Source: Stegostoma tigrinum (taxonomy: Eukaryota). Taken from it: a stretch of DNA of 64,000 nucleotides. Each line of letters opens with the position of its first letter. Within the stretch, counting starts at the first letter, position 1. A model generated the notes under the pieces. It saw nothing but the letters and a program-made list of their open reading frames with translations, did no database searches and was not told the DNA's origin. Of the stretch, positions 1-11,816 are shown in pieces. A program made the translations under genes and the position numbers. The DNA lies in contig NC_081377.1 in the NCBI RefSeq assembly GCF_030684315.1, positions 30,132,001 through 30,196,000 on the forward strand. The letters are read 5' to 3'.

Positions 1-303
1 GGAAGATGGTAGGAAAGAGGGAAGATGGAGTTGCAACACAGAACAGTTACAATCCTGTTATGTAACAGAGCAGGCTCTAGAAGTTGAATTGCATACTCTT
101 GTGCCTATATTGCAAAAACATTGTTGACTCTAGTCTGTACAAGGGTGTAAGTGAGACAATTCATTCATTCACTGCATTTCAGATTGCCCCTTCTCCTACA
201 TGATTCTTCCTTCTGAAACGCAAAATCTGCTGTTACATGAAAAAACCATGTGTAAGTCAAGGCTCCTTTAGTTTAACCAGCAGGCTCACATTTTCCTTGG
301 GTC

Positions 304-350
304 GGGGGGCGGGGGGGGGGGGGGGGGGGGGGTGGAGTGGGGGAGGGGGG
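304..350 (+). repeat. Poly-G / G-rich tract (G-quadruplex-forming potential)
   Basis: ggggggc followed by a run of over 20 G, then tggagtgggggagggggg; homopolymer length may be inexact in the assembly. Confidence 0.8.
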
Positions 351-562
351 TGTGGTGTGATTGTGGTCACGGTCACCTGCCCGGTGTCAGATCTTGTCCT
401 GCACCATTCAATTCAACAGTTTTTCAATGATCATTTGCTGGGGGTGCAAGTTTGAAAAGCAAATACACAGTGAGAGCAAAGCAGTATTCAGGACTTTGAT
501 TGATGGAATCAATTATCCCCCTCATTAAACAGTGAAATTAAAGGATCAAGAGAGGAACAGCA

Positions 563-680
563 GGCTCTTGTGGCAGTGTGGTAGTGCTCCTACCTCTGAG
601 TCAGAAGGCCTGGGATCAAGTCCCACCTGCTCCAGAGGTGTACAGTAACATCTCTGAACAGGTTGATTAGAAAATATCTA
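563..680 (+). mobile_element. tRNA-derived SINE 5' head fragment
   Basis: ggctcttgtggcagtgtggtag...gggatcaagtccc has A-box/B-box-like motifs; a similar copy lies at about 4887-4970. Confidence 0.6.
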
Positions 681-717
681 GAGGAATAACAGAAGGAAAT
701 ATTGAATTAGAATCAAA

Positions 718-748
718 TGAGAGAGAGAGAGAGACAGAGAGAGAGAGA
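718..748 (+). repeat. (GA)n microsatellite
   Basis: gagagagagagagagacagagagagagaga. Confidence 0.9.
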
Positions 749-2039
749 AATAAAGGAAGGAGGAACGGTTTGTCTTCAGAGAGAGATAAAAAAAAAAGAG
801 ATTTTTAAATTTTAACATTAAAGTACAATTGACCAGCTGCAGGAATGAGAATTTGCAGTTTTTGTGTGCCAAATTGGAGAGCTTAAGGGACTTTGTCATT
901 TTGAGGAGCTTTACAATGTTATATATCAGTTCTATCTTTGTAAGGTGTTTGGTGGCTAATTAATGTGAAAATGCAGCTCATTTCTCAAGAATTGCTGGGG
1001 TGGTGGTGAGGCAAAGATACTTTTCTCATGAAGCTAAAGGCAGGAGGAGGAAAAACAAACATTCATTCAGCAACTTGTGGTGATTAGCAGCTCAAGGGGT
1101 ATCTCATCCTCTAAATAAATGTGCAAAACAACAAGTGAATAACAGTGAGTGCCTTCAATCTCACTTAACTTCCAAAGTTCTGTGCTTGTATTCCAGTTAC
1201 AGTGGCTGTATTTTCTAACACAATGATACTTAATACTTCCAGTCAGTGCAAGCTTGCAATTACTTGCTGTCCTGGGACAGGTAGGAACGGGATCAAACAA
1301 GATGATGTGCACTAAAGGAGATAGCAGAAGAGGATCACCATGTAATGGGAAAACGTGGTCCTACAACCTTGAAGGAAAGCAACTGGTAAGTGACTTGATA
1401 GAGACAAAGAAAAGCATAGGATCGAAATTCTATGCCACAAACACTGCTTTAGATTTAAGAGTAATGAATTACAAATTCAGACTCGTTGGAGACAAACGTA
1501 AAACTCAATTAAGAATTGCCTCTCAGTCTCAAGGTCAACATGCAAAACGAACTGCTGGGCGGAATACTGGAATCAAAAACTATAAGCAATTAAATACCTC
1601 GGATGGAAAGTGCAGGGGGAGCAGGGTAAAAGTTCTAGCTGATTGGCCGAACTGGTTTCATAAATCTCAAACAGACAATAGTCCGACAGGCCTTGTGCTG
1701 CACATAGACACGAAACCTGCCTATTTCCCTCGGTACTAAGTCGCAATGAGTCCCTGTTTTGAGTCAAATGTGACTCCCTTACTTTCTTCACGGAAACTAC
1801 CAGATCTTCTGCGTTTGTCCAGCATTTTGTTTTTATTTCAAGTCTCCAGAATCTGCGCTATTTTATTTATTATTTTAGAAATCTTTGCCGAAATCCCATT
1901 AAAAATAAGCATATGCCCAGTTCATTGTTCCTGTTTCCACTAACTCGAAGTGGCTCAGATTGTTCAAATGAAGCAACTGCACCATCTAACGGTCAAAATT
2001 CCATACTGCAAGTCAAAGGGAAACAGTCGACGCTTTATG

Positions 2040-3000
2040 AAAAACTGAGAGGACTGCGGATGCTGTAAATCAGAAACAAAATCAGAAGTCGCCGGAAAAG
2101 CTCAGCAGGTCTGGCAGAATCTGTGAAGAGAAATCAGAGTTAACGTTTCGAGTCCGATGACCCTTCCTCAGAACTCATGGTAGCTAGGAAAATGTCAGTT
2201 TATATGCAGAAGATAGGTGGTAAGAAGTAAACAATATATGTGGGAGTAGAGCCCAAAGAGAGAGAGAAGAGCAGTTGGACAGACGAAGGATTGGATAACG
2301 GTCAGGCTCAGAGGGTGAATAGCTGTTAATGGAGACTGTAATGGCTTACAATGGATTGTGTGCAATACAGGCTGTGAGATAACCAGGCCTGGTGCGTGTG
2401 TGGAGATGGTGGTTAAGACATGGGAGCCCTAAAGTTATTAAACTCGATACTGAAAGGGTCCCCAAGCAGAAAATGAGTGTTGTTTGTTCTTTCAGCTTTG
2501 CTGGGGTACTGCAGCAAGCCTGAGACACAGATGTTGGCCAGGGAACAGGGTGGTGCGCTAAAGTGGCAGGAAACTGGAAGCTCTGCCTCATTTTAGCAGG
2601 CAGAGTGTGTGTTCTGCGAGATGGTCAATCTACCCTTCGTTTCTGCAACATAGAGGAGACCATATTTGAGCGCAACAACTACAGTAGACCAGATTGTGCA
2701 GATAAAGTGCTGCTTCACCTGGAAGGTACGTTTGTCCCCTTGGATACTAGAGAGGGAGGAAAGTAATTGGCAGGTGTTACACCTTTGGCAGTTGCAGGGG
2801 AAGGTGTAGTGGGGCTGTTGGAGGCAGGGTGGACCAGGGTGTCCTAGAAGGAGTGGTCCCTGCAGAAGGTGGACAAGGGAGGGGAGGGGAACATGTCTGG
2901 TGGTGGCACCTCGCTGGAGATGGTGGAAATGGCAGCTAATGATCTTCTGGATGTGGATGCTGATGAGACATTACGTAAGGACAAGGGGAACCCCTACGCT
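2040..3000 (-). mobile_element. Degenerate Penelope-like element 3' part (GIY-YIG region plus terminal repeat with hammerhead core)
   Basis: The reverse complement of 2780-2950 resembles the PLE segment 'PSPPLSAFRRDHSL...TFPCN' seen intact at 16640-16750; the terminal repeat is at 2040-2176. Confidence 0.7.
2137..2176 (-). ncRNA. Minimal type I hammerhead ribozyme motif
   Basis: Minus strand GAGTT-CTGAGGA-A-GGGTC(ATCG)GACTC-GAAA-CG-TT-AACTC: 5-bp stem I, CUGANGA, 5-bp stem II, GAAA, loopless palindromic stem III. Confidence 0.75.
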
Positions 3001-5124
3001 ATGGTTGACTGGAAGAGCAGAAGCCTTGATTAAGGTATGTGACCAGGCACAGGGTAGGGGACTAGCTGTGGAAGTACAGCCTGTTTTGTAATACTTGCCT
3101 TCAACGAAGGTTGCATTTTACCTTTTCTCAGTAGTTGCTATGCCCCTGATTTTCTCTCATATCATGTGACCCAGATTATCAACTCAACAAATTTGTGGCC
3201 TCACCCTACACCAATACTGATACAATGGTGTATTAGGGTTGTCAACTCTCCAAGATTGTCCCAGAGTCAGCAGCAATTAAACATTAACATCCTAGGCGAT
3301 GGAGTGAGAAGCCAAGGAGAAAAATCATAGTAGTACTTAAAAATCTCTCACTTTCTTTGAATACTTTTTTTTGACTTTATAAAAATGGAATATTGGCTAC
3401 TTGACAGGGCAGTATTGCTGAAGGCAGGAAGTCATGTGATTAAACCTCCAGGAATATGTCCAGAATTAGCAATCCGATATGTAATGGATGTACTACATGA
3501 TACATCAGCAATGCAGGGAAATCAAGTTAAAAGTACATCATAATTTTAAAGTCTTTTTTAAAAAAAATCTAAAAATAATAAGCTGGCATCAGAAGAGGCA
3601 ATCCTGAAGCTGTCAGGTTATTGGACAAACCTAACTAGTTCACATGTTAAGACATCCTTACCTAATTCGGTGTGCAGTATTCAGTATCTAGACCTACAGT
3701 GTAGTTGACCTTTAACTATCCTCTGAAGTGACAGAGCTGAAACGTTATTCTGGGACATCTAGCTCTGCTCCTATCCTGGTAATGAACATGAGAAGGCAAT
3801 GGCAACAAACAGAAGCACTGTCAGCGTCAAATGGTTCTGAAGATTATTCCTATTTTCCTGAAAATATTAACCTGGTTTCTATTTCCACAGATGCTGCAAG
3901 GACCTATGGAGTTTTTAACAGTAGTTTGTTTTTATTTATTAGCATGTTTGATCATTTTGGTATTTTCTTGGGTCATACAGATTATTTGAAAAGCCAAATA
4001 ACTTGGCTTGCTTGCCAAAGTACTGGAAACACAAGGACCATGAGGGAGAATGAATTATTGCAAGGATAATTAGGGTTTGGTGATGAGTGTCAGCCTTGCT
4101 CAACAATCATCTTGTTAAAAAAAAATGGAAGAAACTTCACTACAACTTTTCCATCACAAGGACTGTCAGCTTCCACCTTCGCAATATCACTCATCTTCTC
4201 AAAACTCGCTATCACTCATCTCCAACTGTTACGTTAGTTCTTCTGCTGCTGAAATTTTCACACTTTATAAATATCAGCTCATCCAAAGCTCTGCTGACCC
4301 ACATCCTCCTCCTTGAACTGCAATGGCTCACGAAACTTTAGCATCTTTAATTTTTCATGCTTATTCTCAGATTTAAATAGACCCAGATGGAAACAGGGGA
4401 ACCGTGGTGCAGCTAGTTTGGGAACTACAGGCCCAAAGTCTTATCGTCTTCCAAGTACACTACATTTAATATGTCTGAACTTGCTTACATACTCAAATGT
4501 TATTTTCAGAAAAAAATCTAAATAAACCAATATTAACTGCTTCTGCCAATTCCACATGAATCTATTTTACGAATTGTCCACAAGACTCAACTGAATTTTT
4601 GAAATGGGTTTAAAATTCAGTTGCTTCAAGCACAGGCCATGACCTCTGGTTCTATTTTTATGAACAATGGGGAAAACAGCTTGTCACTGTTTACAGCACT
4701 TGGATACTTGTGGTTTGTATGGCTCAGTCACTACACCATGAGAACTTATTTCATGTCAGGTGCAAACAGCCTGGCTATATATTTCCTGTTTTTTTATATC
4801 TTTCAGACAGACACACCAAACTGGGTGCTTGTGGCTTTCAGTAGGAAATGCTAACAAAGCTAATTTTCTACAGTTATAATGCCTAAGGCCCTCTTGCGGG
4901 ACAGTGGCAGTGTCCCCAGACTGGGAGGAACAGGTTCAAGTCCCACCTGCTCAAGCGGTGTAGAACATTGCTGACAGTGAAGGACATAGCAGTGCATTCC
5001 AAGTCAGGATCATGTACATCTTGAAAAGCAACCTGCAAGCGGTGGTGTCCTTGCACTAGTTAATGGAGATCAAGGTTTTAGAAAGTGCTGTTGAAGAAGC
5101 CTTGAGGAGTTGCTGCACTGCAGT

Positions 5125-5422
5125 GGGTAGCATGGTGCTTCAATGGTTAGCACTGCAGCTTCACAGTCCCAGGGACTGATTCCAGCTTTGGGTCACTGTC
5201 TGCGTGAAGATTGCATTTACTCCCTACATCCGCATGGGTTTCCAATGGTGCTCTGGTTTCCTCTTACAGTCCAAAGATGTGCAGGTTTGGTTGATTACCC
5301 ATGGTAAATGCATAGTTCTGGTGATAGAGTCAAGGGTTGGGTCTGGATGTGATGCTGCTCATGGGGTTGGTGCAGATTCAATGGGCCGAATGGTATCTTT
5401 CTGCACTGTAGGGATTGTATGA
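5125..5422 (+). mobile_element. HE1-like tRNA-derived SINE
   Basis: Head ggtagcatggtgcttcaatggttagcactgc; body ggtttcctcttacagtccaaagatgtgcagg; tail gggccgaatgg...gggattgtatga. Similar copies at 33275, 33849, 36731 and 37214. Confidence 0.75.
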
Positions 5423-5665
5423 TCTTGCAGATGATTTGGAGGTTGTGAAGAGCCTTACGTGAATGCATGTCTGTTCCTCCTGAAAGGAGCAGACAAGCCT
5501 CCTGTGACACCAGTCAGAACCCATTTCATGCTCTCTTTGCCTAACCTATGCTGCAATTTACCCAGAAGTCCTCAGCGCAGTTGTTTTGTACCTGAAATCA
5601 AAGGCATCCTATTCCTTAATCTGACAATGAGCAATAAATTAAAGAGGAAGGGAGAAACCAGTCAC

Positions 5666-5860
5666 CTGCGTTGCCCGGAGCATGTGGAAGATGTCCATTG
5701 TACGTGCCACAATGTCCTGAACAGTCTCCTGGCCAACTTTGCAGAGGGTGACACATGTGATCTCACGCAGGGCACTTTGAGGCTGCTGTGGGGGTACTGG
5801 CGCTGCGGTCTGAGAGTGTAGGCCAGGAATCCTTGGCCCAGCGCCAGGTAGTGCTGTCAT
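5666..5860 (-). CDS. MED30: MED30-like (Mediator subunit 30) first coding exon, 65 codons; downstream exons not found in window
   Basis: MTALPGAGPRIPGLHSQTAAPVPPQQPQSALREITCVTLCKVGQETVQDIVARTMDIFHMLRATQ matches the recalled MED30 motif (A)REVNTASLCRIGQETVQDIVYRTMEIFQLLRNMQ. Ends at a phase-0 donor CAG|gtgact. A polypyrimidine acceptor tttcttctctag| lies 17 nt upstream of the ATG (exon starts at 5877). Confidence 0.85.
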
Positions 5861-6789
5861 GACTGACTAAGGCAACCCTAGAGAAGAAACAAATTAGGTC
5901 AGAGAAGTATGTAAGCGATTACCTGAACAGATTTGGGGTTTAGGAAGTGGAGGCTGATCAGATCAGATTGTTTTAAATGATTCAAAAGATATGATTCATC
6001 AGAGCAGTTCTAGTTGGTAGGGGAAGCCCAGAAAAAAAAAGAGCTTGATTTTAAAATTTGGGCTCAGCTTTGGAAAGCAACTAACATTTATATAAAATGC
6101 CCAATGTCGTAAAATTTCCCAAAGCAATTCAAAAGAATGTGACCCAACAAAAAATTGACACCAAGCTACAGGAGGAAAATTTGTGTCAGGTGACCACAGG
6201 CTCAGCAAACCGGTGAATATATGGAGCATTCCAAAAGTAAAAAGGTAGAGTCAGAAAGGGTCAAGGAATTCTAGGGCTTGGAACCAGGCACTTGAGGCAC
6301 AAATGCCAAAAGATAAAATGTCATAACTGGAGAAGCAGGGATCAGAAGGACACAGTGAAATCCATACATTTCTCTCCCCCACCTCCTCCCCCCAACACCA
6401 GGTAGAGAAATTTGTGGAACTCCGATTCCTAAAGTCTGTGAATTCTGGAAATCATCAGAACTTGCACAAAATCCGTAAATATTTATTGGGTAAGGGCATT
6501 GGGAAATAGCAAACAAAGAATGGTTAATCATGTCAGGAACAGATTAGCCATGATCTGCTGAATGGAGTTCTATGCAATACCTTGTCACAGCTGTCTGTAT
6601 CACCCAACTTTCCAGCTAGATAGATTTTGATCATACATGAAAATTAGAAATTAATGTAGACAAAGAAAATTAACAGTATGAGAATAATCTCCAGGAAATA
6701 AAAGTATCTATTTTACAGAAAGCCATCCCTCAGTTTGTATAGTCACCTTGAAATCGGAAACTTCAAAACTCACTCCAAGAATTGGTGCA

Positions 6790-7150
6790 GAGAAATGAAG
6801 GCTGGCATTCCACGGCAGTATCAGTGGAATACTGCACTGGCAGAAGTGCAGATTTTTGCATGAGACATTAAACCTGTCCACCTCCTTAACAAGATGTAGA
6901 AGATCCCATGGCACTATTTTGAAGACAAGTGCGAAGATCTCCTTAGTGCTGCAGCTGATATTTGTTCTTCTGCTAACACCAATACTGTAAATAGCAAATT
7001 ATCTGGATAGTATTGCTATCTGGTATGACCACAATGGTTGCTGTTTCCTCCATTACACAGTGACCAGACTTCAAAAGCCCTTAATTAACGTAAAGCACTT
7101 GGGCCACAACAGATCATAGAACATGCTATTTGACTCAAGTCTTCCTTCTT
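6790..7150 (+). mobile_element. Deu-domain SINE (SacSINE1-like) relic
   Basis: gcagtatcagtggaatactgcactggcagaagtgc...gagacattaaacc...gatcccatggcactattttgaaga; related copies at about 14050-14330 (-), 49230-49650 (-) and 53800-54210 (+). Confidence 0.55.
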
Positions 7151-7319
7151 TTGATTCGCAGTTAGTTTTACATTTAATTCAGCAAAACTCTTCGCACAGC
7201 AATGAATGAACTCTCTCATTGAAGAAGGATTCAAATCCATATAGCTATGGAGCTATAGCTAGCTACATGAACCTGGCTCGCTCCACAATTAAACAGGCCA
7301 CTGTGCACACAGTCACTGT

Positions 7320-7740
7320 TCCTAAAATGTTTAGCTAATTCAAAACTCAGCACAAAATAGGGTATAAACTGCAAAGTCCCATTCACCCATCATACTTGTG
7401 TTAACAAACCTACACCTGCTTCCAGTCTAACAATAGCTTGATTTAAAATAAAAAGTGTTCATCCTGTGTTTAGATTCCACCATAGCTCCAACTTTTCTTT
7501 ATCTCTGATGTCCAGTGCTGCACACCTCAGATCTCTATACTCCTGTAACTTTAGCATCCACCGCCGCGCCCCCCCACCCCCAAAACTTCCTGTCACCTTT
7601 AGCAGCTGCGTGTTCAGTCACTTGGAGCGCAAGCTTTGGAAATTTCTCCCTTAGCTTCTTCATTCTCTGTAAAATCTCTCAAAGACCCTTTGACCAAGCT
7701 TCTCATCGATCCTGCTACCTCCAACTTTGGCTCTGTTTCT
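7320..7740 (+). mobile_element. L2-like LINE 3' relic
   Basis: cacccatcatacttgtgttaacaaacctacacctgcttccagtc resembles the L2 ORF2 C-terminal 'ITPVLxxLHWLPV' region; similar relics at about 4130-4320 and 11930-12280. Confidence 0.45.
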
Positions 7741-9099
7741 CGGATTAATTGCCTGGTGTTCTTTCAGATTTGTTTCACCAAAAGATACAGTTTTTAAACT
7801 TCAGGTCATGGCATCACATATGGTAAACATGCTGCTTATAGTGGCACAGAGCCAGCAAATATCAAACTGATGAAATGGACTACGGATTATTGTCACGTGC
7901 TTGTTTTTTCCATTATGCAGAATGCCAAAGCCAAATCCCTCCCCCAACCTTTTAAAATATATTTTATGGTTATTATTTTTATTTTTTAAAAAAAGTTATC
8001 AGTCTTGGGATATGAATGTAACTGCCAAGGCCAGCATTTATTGCTCATTTTTCTTAAACTGTTCTGCTAAGTAGTGTTGCTATTTCTCTTGATCTGTACG
8101 CCTAAATTTCCTCCGTTCCCTTATCCCTGTCTCTCACTCATTAGGAAAAATTCACAATACAAACCCTAGAAGGGTACAATGTATGTAGTGCATGAGTAAA
8201 AGGTGCTGATCAGATGGTAATTAGACATTTTCCAAAGGAGCTTTTGACCTCCTTACCCTTCCGCTAGGATTGTACGTCGGAGCTGTGTTATCATTCACAG
8301 ACACATTCTGCAAGCTAATAATATTTTTTTGTACTGTGTAGCAGTCCTCCCTGTATTAACTACAGTGTGGTGTCACTGGCCACCTCAAAACTTGCCAATA
8401 AAAAACCTGTCCTCCTCAATCTTCCAAACATTCACGTGCACTCAAAACATGCACAAATTTCACTGGTTTGTTTGTAGAGGCATACCCTGATGTTGCCTGC
8501 CTCAGCCTGGCTGGATTGAATATTAAAAGGTGATGCTTCTTCGTTGCATTTTTCTTGAGTTTTTAAAACCGAAGCTAACAAAATTCTGGTTCATGGAACC
8601 TGTCCTTTAGAGAAAAGTAATTGTTCGTGGGATGTAGCTTTCACTGGCTAGACTAGCATTTCTTAACCGTCCTCAATTGCCAGGAACTGACTGGCTTGCT
8701 AAGTCCATTTCAGAGAGCGATTGAGTCACATGCAGGCCAGACCTTGTAAGAGTGACAGATTTCCCTGTGTTAGCCAGATGGGTTTTTGAACAAATGTCTC
8801 CATCAGGAAAGTCTTTTTTTAAAAAAAAATTCCAGAAATTAGTCTGAAACCTGGATTTACTAGTCCACTTCGCAGATCACTTAAAGAAAGAAGGGGCTGG
8901 AATGAGAATAAACCTTGATATGTTCCCCTGTCTTTAAAAAGATATGTGAGTATTCAAAAGTGTTAGTAAAATAATTGGACCTGCTTTTCCTGGTCTCGGT
9001 CAAATCAACGAAAGGGTTCTTGTTGGGATAAACCGATTATCAAAATAACATTATTTACCCACGTGCTGAAAGAGAAGTATGCTGACAAAGCTATTTTAC

Positions 9100-10330
9100 A
9101 CTCTTGCTATGTAGGTAGGCGTCCTTTTCAAAATTCCAAACGCCCAGAAACAGATTGAGAGGAAGTAACCCCCGCGAAAAGCCCAGGTGTAGCAAACTAC
9201 TTCCCCCAGGAAAGGAGACGATTCGATTTAAAATGCAACACACAGACGTGAGAGCGAGAGAAACCAACCCTCACTCTTAAAAGTATTTTAATTGAATTAG
9301 TGTATGGGGGTGGGGGACGGGGGGACGGGAGAAAGACATGTATAACTGTGTAGAAGAAAGAGGACGGAATTTTCTGAAGACATTACGAATAGGAAACGGC
9401 GCTGCCTTATGTAACGGAAGGCGGGGGGGTTACCGAGCGCCGATGGCAAAGTAGAGAAGAGGGAGAGGAAGGCCAAGTCTGTCTCATAGAGGGAGGGGGC
9501 AGTGACAGCATATTTGTCAGTTTCAAAGGGAGACTCGGAGACACTGTATCCAACATTTCGAACCCTGGTGAAATCAACATTCCGAGACAATGTTGCAATG
9601 TTCTAAACAAGCTGCTACAATGTATCACAGCACGTCAGGCATTCCACAGCCGCTCCCCCACCCCCAAATCTGCCAAAAAACCCTCAAAACACTTTTCACT
9701 TACTTTAATTCAGAAACAAAATTGAACGCAAGAACGATAGACTGCGCGGCATTGACTCAACCACTTCTTGCTAGCAACAGAACATCACCGAATCTTTTGT
9801 CCATAAAAAGTTGGCGTGTTTACGTTCCTATGAGACCCACACACAAATGAGGAAAGAACCGCGCCTCGTCCCCGAAACAAATACCTTTCTAAGCTTTAAC
9901 TCCAAAACCGCCAGGTTTCCCGCTCCTAGTTCGCTCTACACTCTTTCTTATGTAAAATAGAAACTTTCAATGTTGTAGCAGGAAGCGGTCTCGTTGTTCG
10001 TGAACAAATCAGTGATCGAAGGTGATGACTTCACTTCCGCACTGCTAAGCATCGTTCCATGATTGAGTGGTTCTTCGATTGCGGGAGTTGGCGAATGGAT
10101 TTGAACGGATTTTTGTGCGGCCCTTCCAATACAACGAAATGGGGACATTGTTACATCAAACATACAACGTCTCTTTTATAGAGAGATGGAGCTTACCAAA
10201 TCGTACACGAAGAAATGAAACAAGTAAATGACAAATAATACTGCTGCTAATAGACATGCCGGTGCCTCCTGATTGGCTAAAAGCGTACTACCAGATTCCG
10301 CACGGATTTCCTCCACAGGTAGAGAGGACT
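9100..10330 (-). promoter_or_regulatory. CpG-enriched region, probable promoter and non-coding first exon of the MED30-like gene
   Basis: Visibly higher CpG density than the flanks; ETS-type cacttccgc at about 10031; CCAAT (gattggc) at about 10271; candidate donor AAAG|gtattt at 9885/9884. Confidence 0.5.
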
Positions 10331-10399
10331 GTGAAAAGACAGGCGAGCAGACTATTCATTCCCCCACCGAAAGGCTACATCTAATCTTTGAATGGGCCT

Positions 10400-10815
10400 G
10401 AAAACAAAATAAAAATGTGGCATCCACGGAGACAAAGCAAGCTAACGTTTCGAGACGAAATAAAGTCCAGAGGTCAGAGATGGTGGGAACTGCAAATGCT
10501 GGACAATCCGAGATAACAAAGTGTGGAGCTGGATGAACACAGCAGGTCAAGCAGCATCTTAGGAGCAAAAAAGATTTTCTGATTAAGGGTCTAGGCCCGA
10601 AACGTCAGCTTTTGTGCTCCTAAGATGCTGCTTGGCCTGCTGTGTTCATCCAGCTCCACGCTTTGTTATCTCTAAAGTCTAGAGATCTCTGATGAAGAAG
10701 CTACAGTCGAGACGTTAGCTTGCTTTCTCTCCACGGATGCTGCCTGACCCGCTCTAATCTCCAGCATTTGTTTTGTTTCAGCTCATAGATAGCACCTGCA
10801 GTAATTTGCTTCCTA
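10400..10815. mobile_element. Nested palindromic PLE-derived elements (inner 10473-10672 with 12-bp TSD inside an outer fold-back element)
   Basis: Inner arms gataacaaagtgtggagctggatgaacacagc / gctgtgttcatccagctccacgctttgttatc; TSD taaagtccagag 10461-10472 / taaagtctagag 10673-10684; outer arms gcatccacggagacaaagcaagctaacgt / acgttagcttgctttctctccacggatgc. Confidence 0.8.
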
Positions 10816-11193
10816 CTCTGAATGGGCCTCTTGGTGAGGCCAGGGAGCAGAGCGGCTGACTTGCGCCCTCACTCCCTGAACTCGGCGCTGACCAAAGGTC
10901 AGGAATGTTGGACAGAAGCGGGGTCAGATTGCGAAATAGCTCCCCTAAAGAATACACACTGATTTGAAAACCGGACCCATACACACCGCTTAGGTTACAA
11001 TCAAAGACAGACATTTCTGGAGAAATTCAGCAGCATCTGTGGAGATCTGTTCAGCTTCTCCAACAAGTTGTTTTTATACCAGATTTTCAACAGCGCAGGT
11101 CTTTGATTTTAGTAGGCCGGAATCCGTGAAGTGACTTTAAAAGGAACTGTCAGATAACATTGATCCGTGCAACACGCTCCACTCTAGATTCGA

Positions 11194-11285
11194 GATAACA
11201 AGGTGAAGAGCTGGATCAACACAGCAGGCCAAGCAGCATCAGAGGAGCAGGAAAGCTGACGTTTCGGGCCTAGACCCTTCTTCAA
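11194..11285 (-). mobile_element. Short PLE terminal-repeat insertion with 9-bp TSD
   Basis: tagattcga at 11185-11193 and 11286-11294; the element begins inside the hammerhead core (tgaagaagggtctaggcccgaaacgtc). Confidence 0.75.
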
Positions 11286-11816
11286 TAGATTCGACTGAGT
11301 GCAGGGACAAGACTGTCACCCCGACAGACACAGTCGAAGTAGAAGATAAAGTGAAAGACGGTGGTGGGCTCAGGAGCAGGCCGTACAGGCAGCCCCTCTG
11401 CAGTTGAACAGCACAGAAGATATTTCCTGAGATCCCGCCCAAAATTCAGGGTTACTGGAACCTTTGCATTTCCACTTGATAATTCGGTGAGGTTGTTCCC
11501 AACAGGAGCATTCCTGCTGTCAGTCAAACTGCCCGCGTGCAGAGAAAGCAATTGTAGTTACCATCATATCGTTTCATTATGTGAATGAGGTGGTTTCTCC
11601 TTTCATTACAAAAGATTTACCATGGCATTTTAATAAGACCTGTATGGATTTAGCTTTTCGCCATAATCAAAATGTCTCAAGGAACTTTACACAACAAGTT
11701 ACAGCCATTTTGTTCTTTAAAGATCCCTCAAACTTCCAGAAACGTTGTCTCCATCAATGCCTCGGCCCAGCTGTTGAAAACTTCATGCTTGACTTTGCTA
11801 CCTGCAAAATCTGTTG

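Noticed and set aside
1254-1739. 161-aa ORF on the + strand
   Set aside because: No recognisable domain or splice context; non-ATG start; lies antisense within the presumed MED30L intron; likely chance
1-5665. Search for MED30-like exons 2-4 (LPNG..., QLIPY..., LRNLIWDIN)
   Set aside because: No convincing match seen by eye; assumed to lie beyond the left edge, so not annotated
10473-10672. Short palindromes as DNA-transposon MITEs or pre-miRNAs
   Set aside because: Arms match the 3' terminal repeat of the RT/GIY-YIG element, TSDs vary from 9 to 16 bp, and arms are asymmetric, all indicating PLE origin
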